DNA from: Candidatus Saccharimonadota bacterium
Lineage (GTDB): Bacteria > Patescibacteriota > Saccharimonadia > Saccharimonadales > Saccharimonadaceae
Length of the DNA stretch: 32,000 bases
Reading direction: 5' to 3'
Assembly: GCA_000503915.1 (NCBI GenBank)
Contig: CP006915.1
Coordinates: 750,001-782,000 of the forward strand
The position numbers and the translations under genes were made by a program. The notes under the pieces were generated by a model. The model saw only the letters and a list, made by a program, of their open reading frames with translations. It made no database searches and was not told where the DNA came from. Shown piece by piece: positions 17,638 to 25,735 of the stretch (the first letter of the stretch is position 1; every line of letters begins with the position of its first letter).

Positions 17638-18651
17638 CTATTTGATACCCTTCGCAACATCAGCCACTAGTTCGACCAAGCGATTGGAGTAACCCCACTC
17701 GTTGTCGTACCAGACGCAGATCTTCACAAGATTACCACCGACCACACGTGTCAAATCAAGATCAACAATACCCGAGTTGCTGTTGCCGATATAATCGCGC
17801 GAAACCAGCGGCTCATCGCTAACGTCCAGGATTCCCTGGAAAAAGGGCTCTTTCGAGGCCTTGATAAAGACCTTGTTTAGCTCTTCAACCGTTACGTCTT
17901 TGGCAAGTAGCGCTGTGATGTCGCTAATCGAGACGACGGGCGTCGGCACGCGCATCGAGATACCGTCAAACTTCCCCACCAGCCCAGGCAAAGCTTTCGT
18001 AACGGCAATCGCTGCACCTGTAGAGGTTGGCACGATATTTTCAGCCGCGTTGCGGCCTTCGCGCAAATCTTTCGACGGCGCGTCCTGCAGCTTCTGGCTG
18101 GCGGTATAGCTATGCACGGTAGTGAGTAGCGATTTTTCGACACCAAACTCACTCTCGAGGATTGCCATAACGGCACCAAGACTATTGGTCGTACAACTGG
18201 CGTTGGAAATCACCTTGGTTGCACCGGCTACCTTGTCGTCATTGGCACCAAGTACGATCGTATCAACGCCATCGGACTTGGTCGGACCACTAATAACAAC
18301 CCGCTTGGCACCAGCGGTGACATGCTTTCCGGCACCTTCCTGGTCAGTAAAGAAACCAGTGGATTCGATAACCAATTCGACGTCCAGATCTTTCCACGGC
18401 AGCGCGGTCGGATCTTTCTCCGAAAGTACTTTCACATTTTTGCCTGCTACGACCAGCCCGTCGTCGTTGTAGGTGACTTCTTTGTCATACGTCCCGTAAT
18501 TGCTATCGTATTTCAGCAAGTACGCGAGCGTTTTATTGTCGGTCAGATCGTTGATTGCGACAATCTCGAGATCACTACGCTCGAAGGCGATTTTAAATGC
18601 ATTGCGACCAATTCGGCCAAAGCCATTAATCGCGATTTTTGTCTTGCTCAT
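17638..18651 (-). CDS. gap: type I glyceraldehyde-3-phosphate dehydrogenase
   Basis: 337 aa. INGFGRIGR and the catalytic site SNASCTTN. AAGGAG lies 6 nt upstream of the ATG. Confidence 0.95.
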   Translation of the reverse strand: MSKTKIAINGFGRIGRNAFKIAFERSDLEIVAINDLTDNKTLAYLLKYDSNYGTYDKEVTYNDDGLVVAGKNVKVLSEKDPTALPWKDLDVELVIESTGFFTDQEGAGKHVTAGAKRVVISGPTKSDGVDTIVLGANDDKVAGATKVISNASCTTNSLGAVMAILESEFGVEKSLLTTVHSYTASQKLQDAPSKDLREGRNAAENIVPTSTGAAIAVTKALPGLVGKFDGISMRVPTPVVSISDITALLAKDVTVEELNKVFIKASKEPFFQGILDVSDEPLVSRDYIGNSNSGIVDLDLTRVVGGNLVKICVWYDNEWGYSNRLVELVADVAKGIK

Positions 18652-18695
18652 TATCCACTCCTTTGTACAAGATTGCTTATGCTTAACTACGCTCG

Positions 18696-18701
18696 ATTAT
18701 A
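18696..18701 (-). promoter_or_regulatory. extended -10 (TGTATAAT) for gap, 44-nt leader with AAGGAG (18658-18663)
   Basis: Minus strand reads GGTGTATAATCGAGC...CAAAGGAGTGGATAATG. Confidence 0.45.
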
Positions 18702-18729
18702 CACCACTGGTTGTCGGGGAGGAAACTGC

Positions 18730-18735
18730 TATACT
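18730..18735 (+). promoter_or_regulatory. -10 box TATACT, 6 nt upstream of rel ATG (leaderless-type)
   Basis: TGCTATACT-GGAACC-ATG. It is divergent from the gap promoter within a 90-bp spacer. Confidence 0.45.
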
Positions 18736-18741
18736 GGAACC

Positions 18742-20292
18742 ATGAAGAAGCGTGACGTCCTGGAGGCAGCTGCTCCCCATTACCATGAAAACGAGGTATT
18801 CGAACTCGATCACGCTATTGATGTTGCGACGATTGCCCATAAAGGCCAAAAACGTAAGAGTGGTGAGCCGTATATTTCGCATCCGTTAGCGGTGGCCAAG
18901 TTGCTGATCGATTGGGAGATGGACATTGACTCCGTCATTGCTGGTGTCTTACACGATACCGTTGAAGACACGTCGCTTGAACTGCCGGAGATTGAATCGC
19001 TCTTTGGTGCTGATGTCGCCTTTTTGGTCGATGGCGTCACCAAAGTCGGCCAAGCACGTAGCGGTATGCAGGACCTTAAGAATTATCTTCCCCAGACGAC
19101 CGATAACCTGTCAAAACTACTTATTGCCATCGGCAAAGACGTCCGTGTCATTATCATCAAGATCGCCGACCGCTTGCATAACCTACAGACACTTGAACAC
19201 ATGCCGCGCGAAAAGCAGAAAAAGATCGCTCGCGAAAGCCTTGAGGTCTTCGCCCCAATGGCCGACCGTCTCGCTATGGGTGGTCCGCGTATGCAAATTG
19301 AGGAGCTAGCGTTTCGCTACCTTGACCAGAAAGAATTTACACGCGTCCAAAATTTACTGAAAAAACGGCTCGGCCGCAGCACACGTAAGCTCGGTAAAGT
19401 CCGTCAGGAAGTGGAGGTTGAGCTTAAAAAACAAGGTGTTGAATTTGAGATCAACGGCCGTGTCAAAAGTATCTACAGCCTGCACCGTAAACTCAAAAAA
19501 GTCGACGGCAACATCGATGATATCTACGATTTGATGGCACTGCGCATCATCGTCAAGAACAAGGCGGAATGTTACCGTACGCTCGGCATCCTCCACAGTA
19601 TGTACCAGCCGATGATCGCCCGTATTAAAGACTACATTGCCGTACCAAAGACCAACGGCTATCAAAGTCTTCACACCACCGTATTGACGCCAAGCGAACA
19701 GATCGTTGAGTTCCAAGTCCGCTCACGAGCTATGCACGAATACGCCGAAAGTGGTCTGGCCGCCAGCTTCCATTACCACGAACAAAAAGATTCCAAAGAT
19801 TATGCCAAGCGAAAAGACACCAAAGCCAACAAACTACCGTCGCAGCTGCAATGGATCACTCAACTGCAAGAGATCGCCGGCCGGATTCGCGAGGGTGAAG
19901 AAGTGCCGCGCGACCAGCTCAATGTTGATCTGTTCGGCTCTCGTATGTTCGTTTATTCGCCCAAAGGTGATATCTTCAATCTGCCGGAAGGCGCTCTGCC
20001 GCTTGATTTCGCCTACTCGGTTCATACTGATATCGCCAAGCACGCCGCCGGCTTCCGAGTGAATGGCAACATCCATCCATTTGATAAGCCGCTCCACAAC
20101 GGCGATATCGTGGAGGTTCTCACGAAGAAGCTGCCACAGGCCAAGCGTACTTGGCTTGACCTGGTCATGACCTCTCACGCCAAAACAAAACTCCGTTCTC
20201 AGCTTAAACAGTTGGGCCTACTCGAAACGATGAGTCAGGCTGCGGCTATCATCCGCGAAAAAGCTACGCGACGTAAGTCAAAAAATAAATAA
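18742..20292 (+). CDS. rel: bifunctional (p)ppGpp synthetase/hydrolase, short form (HD + synthetase + TGS, no C-terminal ACT/RRM region)
   Basis: I trimmed the 656-aa track ORF to the ATG at 18742, giving 516 aa. Motifs: HKGQKRKSGEPYISHPLAVA, HDTVEDT, ADRLHNL, GRVKSIYSLHRKL, RIKDYIAVPKTNGYQSLHT, and TGS VYSPKGDIFNLPEGALPLDFAY. Confidence 0.85.
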   Translation: MKKRDVLEAAAPHYHENEVFELDHAIDVATIAHKGQKRKSGEPYISHPLAVAKLLIDWEMDIDSVIAGVLHDTVEDTSLELPEIESLFGADVAFLVDGVTKVGQARSGMQDLKNYLPQTTDNLSKLLIAIGKDVRVIIIKIADRLHNLQTLEHMPREKQKKIARESLEVFAPMADRLAMGGPRMQIEELAFRYLDQKEFTRVQNLLKKRLGRSTRKLGKVRQEVEVELKKQGVEFEINGRVKSIYSLHRKLKKVDGNIDDIYDLMALRIIVKNKAECYRTLGILHSMYQPMIARIKDYIAVPKTNGYQSLHTTVLTPSEQIVEFQVRSRAMHEYAESGLAASFHYHEQKDSKDYAKRKDTKANKLPSQLQWITQLQEIAGRIREGEEVPRDQLNVDLFGSRMFVYSPKGDIFNLPEGALPLDFAYSVHTDIAKHAAGFRVNGNIHPFDKPLHNGDIVEVLTKKLPQAKRTWLDLVMTSHAKTKLRSQLKQLGLLETMSQAAAIIREKATRRKSKNK

Positions 20293-20293
20293 G

Positions 20294-20704
20294 TTAACTT
20301 TGCTTGCCCAATTGGATATAGCGCTCAATCATTGGTTCGTAGGCAACACCGACAATCCTTGCTTTTTCAAGTGATTGCCACACATAGGTATCATGTTCAG
20401 AACTGAGCGTAACAATTGGATCATGTGTCAGTTCGACGACGAACAATACGACATGATAATGCCTGCCAAATGCGTCTAATTCGTTGTGATCAATTTCTAC
20501 GAGCTTATTTTTTTGTAACTCAATATGAGTTTCTTCTTTTACCTCGCGGACCAAGCCTTCCTCTGCAGTCTCACCAGCTTCAAGCTCACCGCCCGGCAGA
20601 TCATACGTATACGGCACATACGGATGCGTCGCACTACGGCGTAGTACCAGTACCTGCCCGGCAGGATTGAAGATCAGTGCTTTTGCAGCTTGCTTCGTTG
20701 CCAC
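20294..20704 (-). CDS. NUDIX hydrolase
   Basis: Nudix box GGELEAGETAEEGLVREVKEET. I trimmed the track ORF to a GTG 4 nt after the ppa stop, because the longer form overlaps ppa out of frame. Confidence 0.75.
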   Translation of the reverse strand: MATKQAAKALIFNPAGQVLVLRRSATHPYVPYTYDLPGGELEAGETAEEGLVREVKEETHIELQKNKLVEIDHNELDAFGRHYHVVLFVVELTHDPIVTLSSEHDTYVWQSLEKARIVGVAYEPMIERYIQLGKQS

Positions 20705-20708
20705 GATC

Positions 20709-21233
20709 TTATTTATTATTCCATCGTTCGATGCACTCTTTAATGATCGTCTTTGCTTCTTCAGCGTCGCCCCAGCCTTTGACGATAGTACTGCCTGGTT
20801 TTTTAAGGTCTTTGTAGTGGGTAAAATGGTGCTCCAGTTGTTTGACAAGTTGCGGAATGTCGGCAAGCGAATTGATTCGGTCATCATCACGGTTGTCTGC
20901 TGGTACAACGACGATCTTGTCATCCACTTCACCGTCGTCTTCAAATTTCATGACGCCAATAATCTTTGCCTCCAGCCACACCCCGGTCGCTAGTGGCTCT
21001 GGACAAATGATCAACGTATCGAGTTCGTCACCGTCTTCGTCAAGCGTTTGCGGAATAAAGCCGTAGTTACATGGCTTTGCGAAAATTGCTGGCTCGACAC
21101 GGTCGAGCATAAAGACGGCTCGCTCGCGATCCCACTCCACTTTCAATCGCGAACCTTGCGGGATTTCGACAACGGTGTTTACCGTGCCTTCGTCAATACT
21201 ACCAGGTGTCAAAACTTGATTAAAATCTGCCAT
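20709..21233 (-). CDS. ppa: inorganic pyrophosphatase (family I)
   Basis: MADFNQ...VVEIPQGSRLKVEWD...NYGFIPQTLDEDGDELD...VVVP. Trimmed to the ATG at 21233, which is preceded by AAGGAG (21238-21243). Confidence 0.9.
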   Translation of the reverse strand: MADFNQVLTPGSIDEGTVNTVVEIPQGSRLKVEWDRERAVFMLDRVEPAIFAKPCNYGFIPQTLDEDGDELDTLIICPEPLATGVWLEAKIIGVMKFEDDGEVDDKIVVVPADNRDDDRINSLADIPQLVKQLEHHFTHYKDLKKPGSTIVKGWGDAEEAKTIIKECIERWNNK

Positions 21234-21295
21234 ATTACTCCTTTTTGTAGACTGTTCTATTGTTATTATTGTATCAAATACCCGGACAATTGTCG

Positions 21296-21301
21296 TATAA
21301 T
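21296..21301 (+). promoter_or_regulatory. -10 box TATAAT, 11 nt upstream of the PLD-like gene ATG
   Basis: GTCGTATAAT-AGCTTCTAGCT-ATG, with no Shine-Dalgarno sequence. Confidence 0.35.
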
Positions 21302-21312
21302 AGCTTCTAGCT

Positions 21313-22299
21313 ATGTCCAGCCCAAAACTACTACTGCCCGATGAGTTCATCACAGCGGCCACCGAGCATATTGCCCGCGCGCGCGAACATATTACATTTG
21401 TCTCGATGGTTCTGACCGACGACAAGGCAACTGATAAACTGATCGATGCGCTCATCGATGCTGCCAAACGCGGCGTGAAAGTCCAAGTCGCTGCTGATAC
21501 CTTCACGTACGGTGAATTGAGTGGTCATTTTATCCCGTTTAAATACTATACGCGTGAAGCACGTGATAAGACAAAGATGGTACGTGAACTAAAAGCCGCC
21601 GGTGCTAAGTTCAACTGGCTCGGCCAGTTTAGCCTGCTTCCCTTTACCGGCCGGACGCACTCCAAGGCGCTTATCATTGATGATACGGTTTACTCGTTTG
21701 GCGGTATCAATCCGTACGACCACGGCTTGTCGTTTACCGACTATATGTTCCAGATAAAAGATCGGCAACTTGCCCTGACGCTAAAGGATGAGCTCAATCG
21801 TATGATTCAAGCCGACGGCAAAAACTTTGCCTACCGTAGCCACGACTTTAGCTTCGACAAAAAAAGCAAAGTCCTGCTCGATGGCGGCCTGCAGACTGAC
21901 TCAATAATCTATCGACGATCTTACCGCTATGCACGTAAAGCAAAGGAGATACTCCTCGTTTCTCAATATTGTCCTTCGGGTAAACTCGGTCGGGCGCTGA
22001 AAAAAACAAATTCTCGACTGTATTTTAACAAGCCGGTCGCAGCAAATTTCTGGAACAAGATCATCATCGGTACCGGCATTTTAATGAGTGGACACAAGAC
22101 GCTCTATCGTCACAAAAACTATCTTCACGCCAAATTTATGATCTTTACTATGCCGGACGGACAAAAAATTGCCATCACTGGCTCGCACAACTTTATGCCC
22201 GGCAGCGTGTTATTTGGCACCAAGGAAATTGCACTGGAAACGCGTGATCCGAGAATTATTTCCCAACTGGAAAATTTTTTTGAATCGCATGTCGCTTGA
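21313..22299 (+). CDS. phospholipase D / cardiolipin synthase-like superfamily protein (two HKD-type motifs)
   Basis: First motif HSKALIIDDTVYSFGGIN. Second motif HAKFMIFT...ITGSHNF, with Thr in the usual Asp position. No TM segment is evident. Confidence 0.7.
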   Translation: MSSPKLLLPDEFITAATEHIARAREHITFVSMVLTDDKATDKLIDALIDAAKRGVKVQVAADTFTYGELSGHFIPFKYYTREARDKTKMVRELKAAGAKFNWLGQFSLLPFTGRTHSKALIIDDTVYSFGGINPYDHGLSFTDYMFQIKDRQLALTLKDELNRMIQADGKNFAYRSHDFSFDKKSKVLLDGGLQTDSIIYRRSYRYARKAKEILLVSQYCPSGKLGRALKKTNSRLYFNKPVAANFWNKIIIGTGILMSGHKTLYRHKNYLHAKFMIFTMPDGQKIAITGSHNFMPGSVLFGTKEIALETRDPRIISQLENFFESHVA

Positions 22300-23227
22300 G
22301 TCCGTCGAGATATTCGCGGATCGCAAGAGCTGCACTAGCGCCTTCGCCGACTGCGCTGGCAATCTGCATCGTCGCGCCACTGCGCACATCGCCGCTCGCA
22401 AAGACACCTTTCATCGAAGTCTCTAAAAATTCATTGGTCTTGATCAGTCTCTGCTCATCCAGTTCAACGGCGCTTGATTGCAAGAAACCAGTGTTTGGAT
22501 TGAGCCCCACAAAGACAAAGACACCATCAGTCTCAAAGGTTACTTCCTGGCCATCTTGTATGGCAATGACGCTATCGACTTTGCCATCGGTGGCGTGAAT
22601 TTCCTTTGTCTGCGTCGCCAAGTGAACCGTTACCTTACCTTCGCTGACATATTTCTCAAGTTCGTGCTGCAAGACTTCACTAGCTTTTATGGTACTGCGC
22701 ACCAGTAGATCGATATGGCTTGCGAAACGAGTAAGGAAGATCACCTCTTGCACAGCTGAGTTACCGCCGCCAACCACGACCAACCGTTTGTCGCGATAGA
22801 ATGCGCCATCACAAGTTGCACAGTAATGTACACCGCGACCATAATATTCGGCTTCGCCTGGCACGCCAATTTTGTTATAGTCGCTCCCAGTTGCGATAAG
22901 CACTGCTTTAGCTTCGACTGGCTCGCCATCGACGATCACGGTTTTTGTATCACCATTATCACGAATTTCTGATACTTCACCAAACTCAAGCTCGGCACCA
23001 AAACGCTCTGCTTGTGCTTGTAACTGTTCGGCTAGTTTCATGCCTTCAATCCCATCGGGAAAGCCGGGATAGTTATCGACTTTGTCGGTAATTGCGGCCA
23101 TACCACCGACCACCGCTTTTTCATACAGGACTGTATCGATATCTTCGCGTGTTGTGTAAACAGCTGCCGCGAGTGCACTCGGACCAGCACCGATCATAAT
23201 AACGTCGCGTACTTTTTTGTCGTTCAT
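22256..23227 (-). CDS. trxB: thioredoxin-disulfide reductase family flavoprotein
   Basis: GAGPSALAAA (FAD), redox CATCDG and GGGNSAVQE. The NADPH 2'-phosphate motif HRRxxxR is replaced by VRSTIKA. The 3' end overlaps the convergent PLD-like gene by 44 nt. Confidence 0.9.
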   Translation of the reverse strand: MNDKKVRDVIMIGAGPSALAAAVYTTREDIDTVLYEKAVVGGMAAITDKVDNYPGFPDGIEGMKLAEQLQAQAERFGAELEFGEVSEIRDNGDTKTVIVDGEPVEAKAVLIATGSDYNKIGVPGEAEYYGRGVHYCATCDGAFYRDKRLVVVGGGNSAVQEVIFLTRFASHIDLLVRSTIKASEVLQHELEKYVSEGKVTVHLATQTKEIHATDGKVDSVIAIQDGQEVTFETDGVFVFVGLNPNTGFLQSSAVELDEQRLIKTNEFLETSMKGVFASGDVRSGATMQIASAVGEGASAALAIREYLDGLKRHAIQKNFPVGK

Positions 23228-23228
23228 T

Positions 23229-23906
23229 TTAGTATCCTGCTCCTGTCAGTAGTTCTTCCGGTATCTCCGGTTCGATTATCGTTTGTAGTGTTTCGATTGG
23301 TAGCACAATGAAGCGTAGTGGCGTATCGGCAGGAATATTCTCTTTTTCCTGGCTGCCATAGGCTTGCTCGGATGGAATGGTGATTAGACGAGCGCCACCG
23401 ATCTTCATACCTTTGGTGCCCTCATCCCAGCCCTTGATAACCCCACCGGGACGGACGATAAATGGCGTCTTCAGCTTCGCTCCGTCTAATGTGCCGTCAA
23501 AGACCTTGCCGTCTGGCGTCCAGCCGATGTAGTACGCAGCGTAGGTCGTATTGTCGCCGATGGCTACACCGCTCCCTTTACTCAGCTCTTGCACTGTCAG
23601 TTTTTTCTGTGCCGTAGCCTTGTCAAATGTCCCAACATACTTGTCGCTGTAGCCCTTCAAAGCACCGTAGTATTTAGCCGAGAGTATCGCCTGTCTCTTT
23701 TCCAGATCACCCTGCTGTGCTTCGGTCGCCTTCTGATAGGCGGTATAGTCTTTTTGATACTTCGCGTATATTGTATTGAGTCGTTGCTCGTCGGCCGTCT
23801 GATTACTTGGTGCGATTATCATCGCGACGAAGCCGGCGATCGTCCCGATCGTAAGGACGATTGCAATAATCCAGATCCCCGTCCGCTGTGCTGTGGTCGT
23901 TGCCAT
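23229..23906 (-). CDS. FKBP-type peptidyl-prolyl cis-trans isomerase, membrane-anchored
   Basis: N-terminal TM (IWIIAIVLTIGTIAGFVAMII) and a C-terminal FKBP domain GGVIKGWDEGTKGMKIGGARLITIPSEQAYG. Confidence 0.85.
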   Translation of the reverse strand: MATTTAQRTGIWIIAIVLTIGTIAGFVAMIIAPSNQTADEQRLNTIYAKYQKDYTAYQKATEAQQGDLEKRQAILSAKYYGALKGYSDKYVGTFDKATAQKKLTVQELSKGSGVAIGDNTTYAAYYIGWTPDGKVFDGTLDGAKLKTPFIVRPGGVIKGWDEGTKGMKIGGARLITIPSEQAYGSQEKENIPADTPLRFIVLPIETLQTIIEPEIPEELLTGAGY

Positions 23907-23950
23907 AATTCCCTCTAAAGTTTATGCGTTACTGCTATAAGTATAGCAAA

Positions 23951-25732
23951 TTATGCCGCAATATCGAAGTCACGCAGCTTGGCTTTTGCCTTTTCGGTTG
24001 TACCCAACTGAAGCTCAAGCAATTGGGCGTAGATACCACCGGTTTTCGCAAGCTCACGCGGCGTGCCAACTTCATCAACACGGCCATCTTTCAGAGTAAC
24101 GATAGTATCGACATGAGCGATAGTACTGAGGCGGTGCGCAATGATTAGCGTTGTGCGGTTCTTCATCAGTCGGTCGAGCGCTTCCTGAACGACTTTTTCC
24201 GCTTTACTATCGAGGCTACTGGTCGCTTCGTCGAGAACGAGAATCGGTGCATCTTTGAGAATAGCGCGCGCGATGGCGATGCGTTGCTTTTGCCCACCGC
24301 TCAGCTTGATGCCTCGCTCGCCGATCTCGGTATCGTAACCATCGGGGAATTTGGCAATGAACTCATGTGCGTTGGCCATTCTTGCCGCCGCTTCTATCTC
24401 TTTATCGGCAGCATCCGGTCGGCCATAGGTAATATTCTCACGTATCGTACCGCTAAAGAGTGGCGCCTCCTGGAAAACCGTCGCAATACTGGCTCGTACG
24501 CTGGCGCGCGTGACGTTTATTACTGGCTGTCCGTCGATCAGCACCTCTCCGGCGTCCGGCTCGTACAGGCGCATCAGCAGGTTCGAAATGGTCGTCTTGC
24601 CACCACCACTTTCACCCACCAAAGCCAATTTCTTACCGGCGGGTAACCTAAAATTAACGTCATGGAGCACCTGCTTGTTGCGCGCGTAGGAGAAGTCCAC
24701 GTTACGGTATTCGATCTGGCCTTTTTTCACGGTGAGAATATTTGCTGTCGCTTCACCTTCTTCCGGCTTTTCGTTCATTGCGGTAATATAATCCTTGCTA
24801 TTTGCCACCGCTCGCTGATACGTATCCACGAAATAGCTAAGATTACGAAGAGGAAATGTACCTTGCTGGATCAGTGTGATGAGCATCACCATGTCGCCAA
24901 CGGTAAAATTACCGCGTGCGGTTTCATAAAATAGCAACCCGTAAATTGCTCCAAATAGTACACCGAAAATTGCACCGCGTTCAGCATTCATCACATGCCA
25001 GTACCGTGATTGGCGCTTCGTCAGTCCGATCATATGGCTCATCTCATCGTCAAATTTTGTCAGCTCACGCTTCTCGGTACCGAAACTTTTGACCAGTCGC
25101 ATCTGGCTTACTACTTCCGCGAACCGCCCGCTTGCTGTGTCAAAGTGAGTATTCTTTTCTGTTTCGAGCTTCTGCCACTTCACACTTGTACGAGCGGTCA
25201 GATAAAGATTGGCAGGAATTAAAAATAGAAACAGAACCGCGAGCGGCCAACTATACCAGACCAAGATGCCGATCGTAATCGCCATCGTCAGCAGCATTTG
25301 CAGTAAGTTATTTGAGAAGAACTGTAGAAACTGCGTGATGTCAGCAATAGCACGGCTCAAACGATTAATGATTTTGCCCGTTATTTCGCCGTCGTAGTAC
25401 TGTTGCGGCAAGCTTAGCAGATGCTGGTAGTAGCGCTTCGATAGCTGGCGACGCGCCCGGATCGATACTTGGTCGCCAAAATAACCGCCGATATCGCCCG
25501 CTACCGTCGTCAGTAGCGCCACTGCCACCAGTGCACCAACGATACCGATCAGTGGGCCGAGTGTAAAGTCGGCCTTGCCAGCAACAATCGCCACGACCCA
25601 GTCGGTGCCGACTTTAACGATAAATGGCGTCGTAAGATTCAGTAGTGCCGTCACGACCGACATAATACCGATGATTACAAAAAACGGTTTGAGATGTGAA
25701 GTATAGCGAATAATCTGCCGCAGATTTTTCAT
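23951..25732 (-). CDS. ABC transporter, fused permease/ATP-binding exporter (MsbA-like architecture)
   Basis: 593 aa. An N-terminal multi-TM domain, then Walker A GESGGGKTT, signature LSGGQKQRIAIARA and Walker B ILVLDEATS. Confidence 0.9.
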   Translation of the reverse strand: MKNLRQIIRYTSHLKPFFVIIGIMSVVTALLNLTTPFIVKVGTDWVVAIVAGKADFTLGPLIGIVGALVAVALLTTVAGDIGGYFGDQVSIRARRQLSKRYYQHLLSLPQQYYDGEITGKIINRLSRAIADITQFLQFFSNNLLQMLLTMAITIGILVWYSWPLAVLFLFLIPANLYLTARTSVKWQKLETEKNTHFDTASGRFAEVVSQMRLVKSFGTEKRELTKFDDEMSHMIGLTKRQSRYWHVMNAERGAIFGVLFGAIYGLLFYETARGNFTVGDMVMLITLIQQGTFPLRNLSYFVDTYQRAVANSKDYITAMNEKPEEGEATANILTVKKGQIEYRNVDFSYARNKQVLHDVNFRLPAGKKLALVGESGGGKTTISNLLMRLYEPDAGEVLIDGQPVINVTRASVRASIATVFQEAPLFSGTIRENITYGRPDAADKEIEAAARMANAHEFIAKFPDGYDTEIGERGIKLSGGQKQRIAIARAILKDAPILVLDEATSSLDSKAEKVVQEALDRLMKNRTTLIIAHRLSTIAHVDTIVTLKDGRVDEVGTPRELAKTGGIYAQLLELQLGTTEKAKAKLRDFDIAA

Positions 25733-25735
25733 GCG

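Noticed and set aside
17140-17660. Long N-terminal extensions of the track ORFs for rpe (to 17271) and rpiB (to 17660), and likewise for ppa (to 21506) and the second NUDIX (to 20944).
   Set aside because: The extensions overlap neighbouring conserved genes out of frame and lack family similarity. Internal ATG/GTG starts give canonical N-termini with coupling overlaps or promoter/ribosome-binding signals.
18322-18741. N-terminal 140-aa extension of the rel ORF in the track (656 aa).
   Set aside because: The extension is antisense to gap coding sequence. The conserved Rel N-terminus begins at the ATG at 18742, which is directly preceded by a TATACT box.
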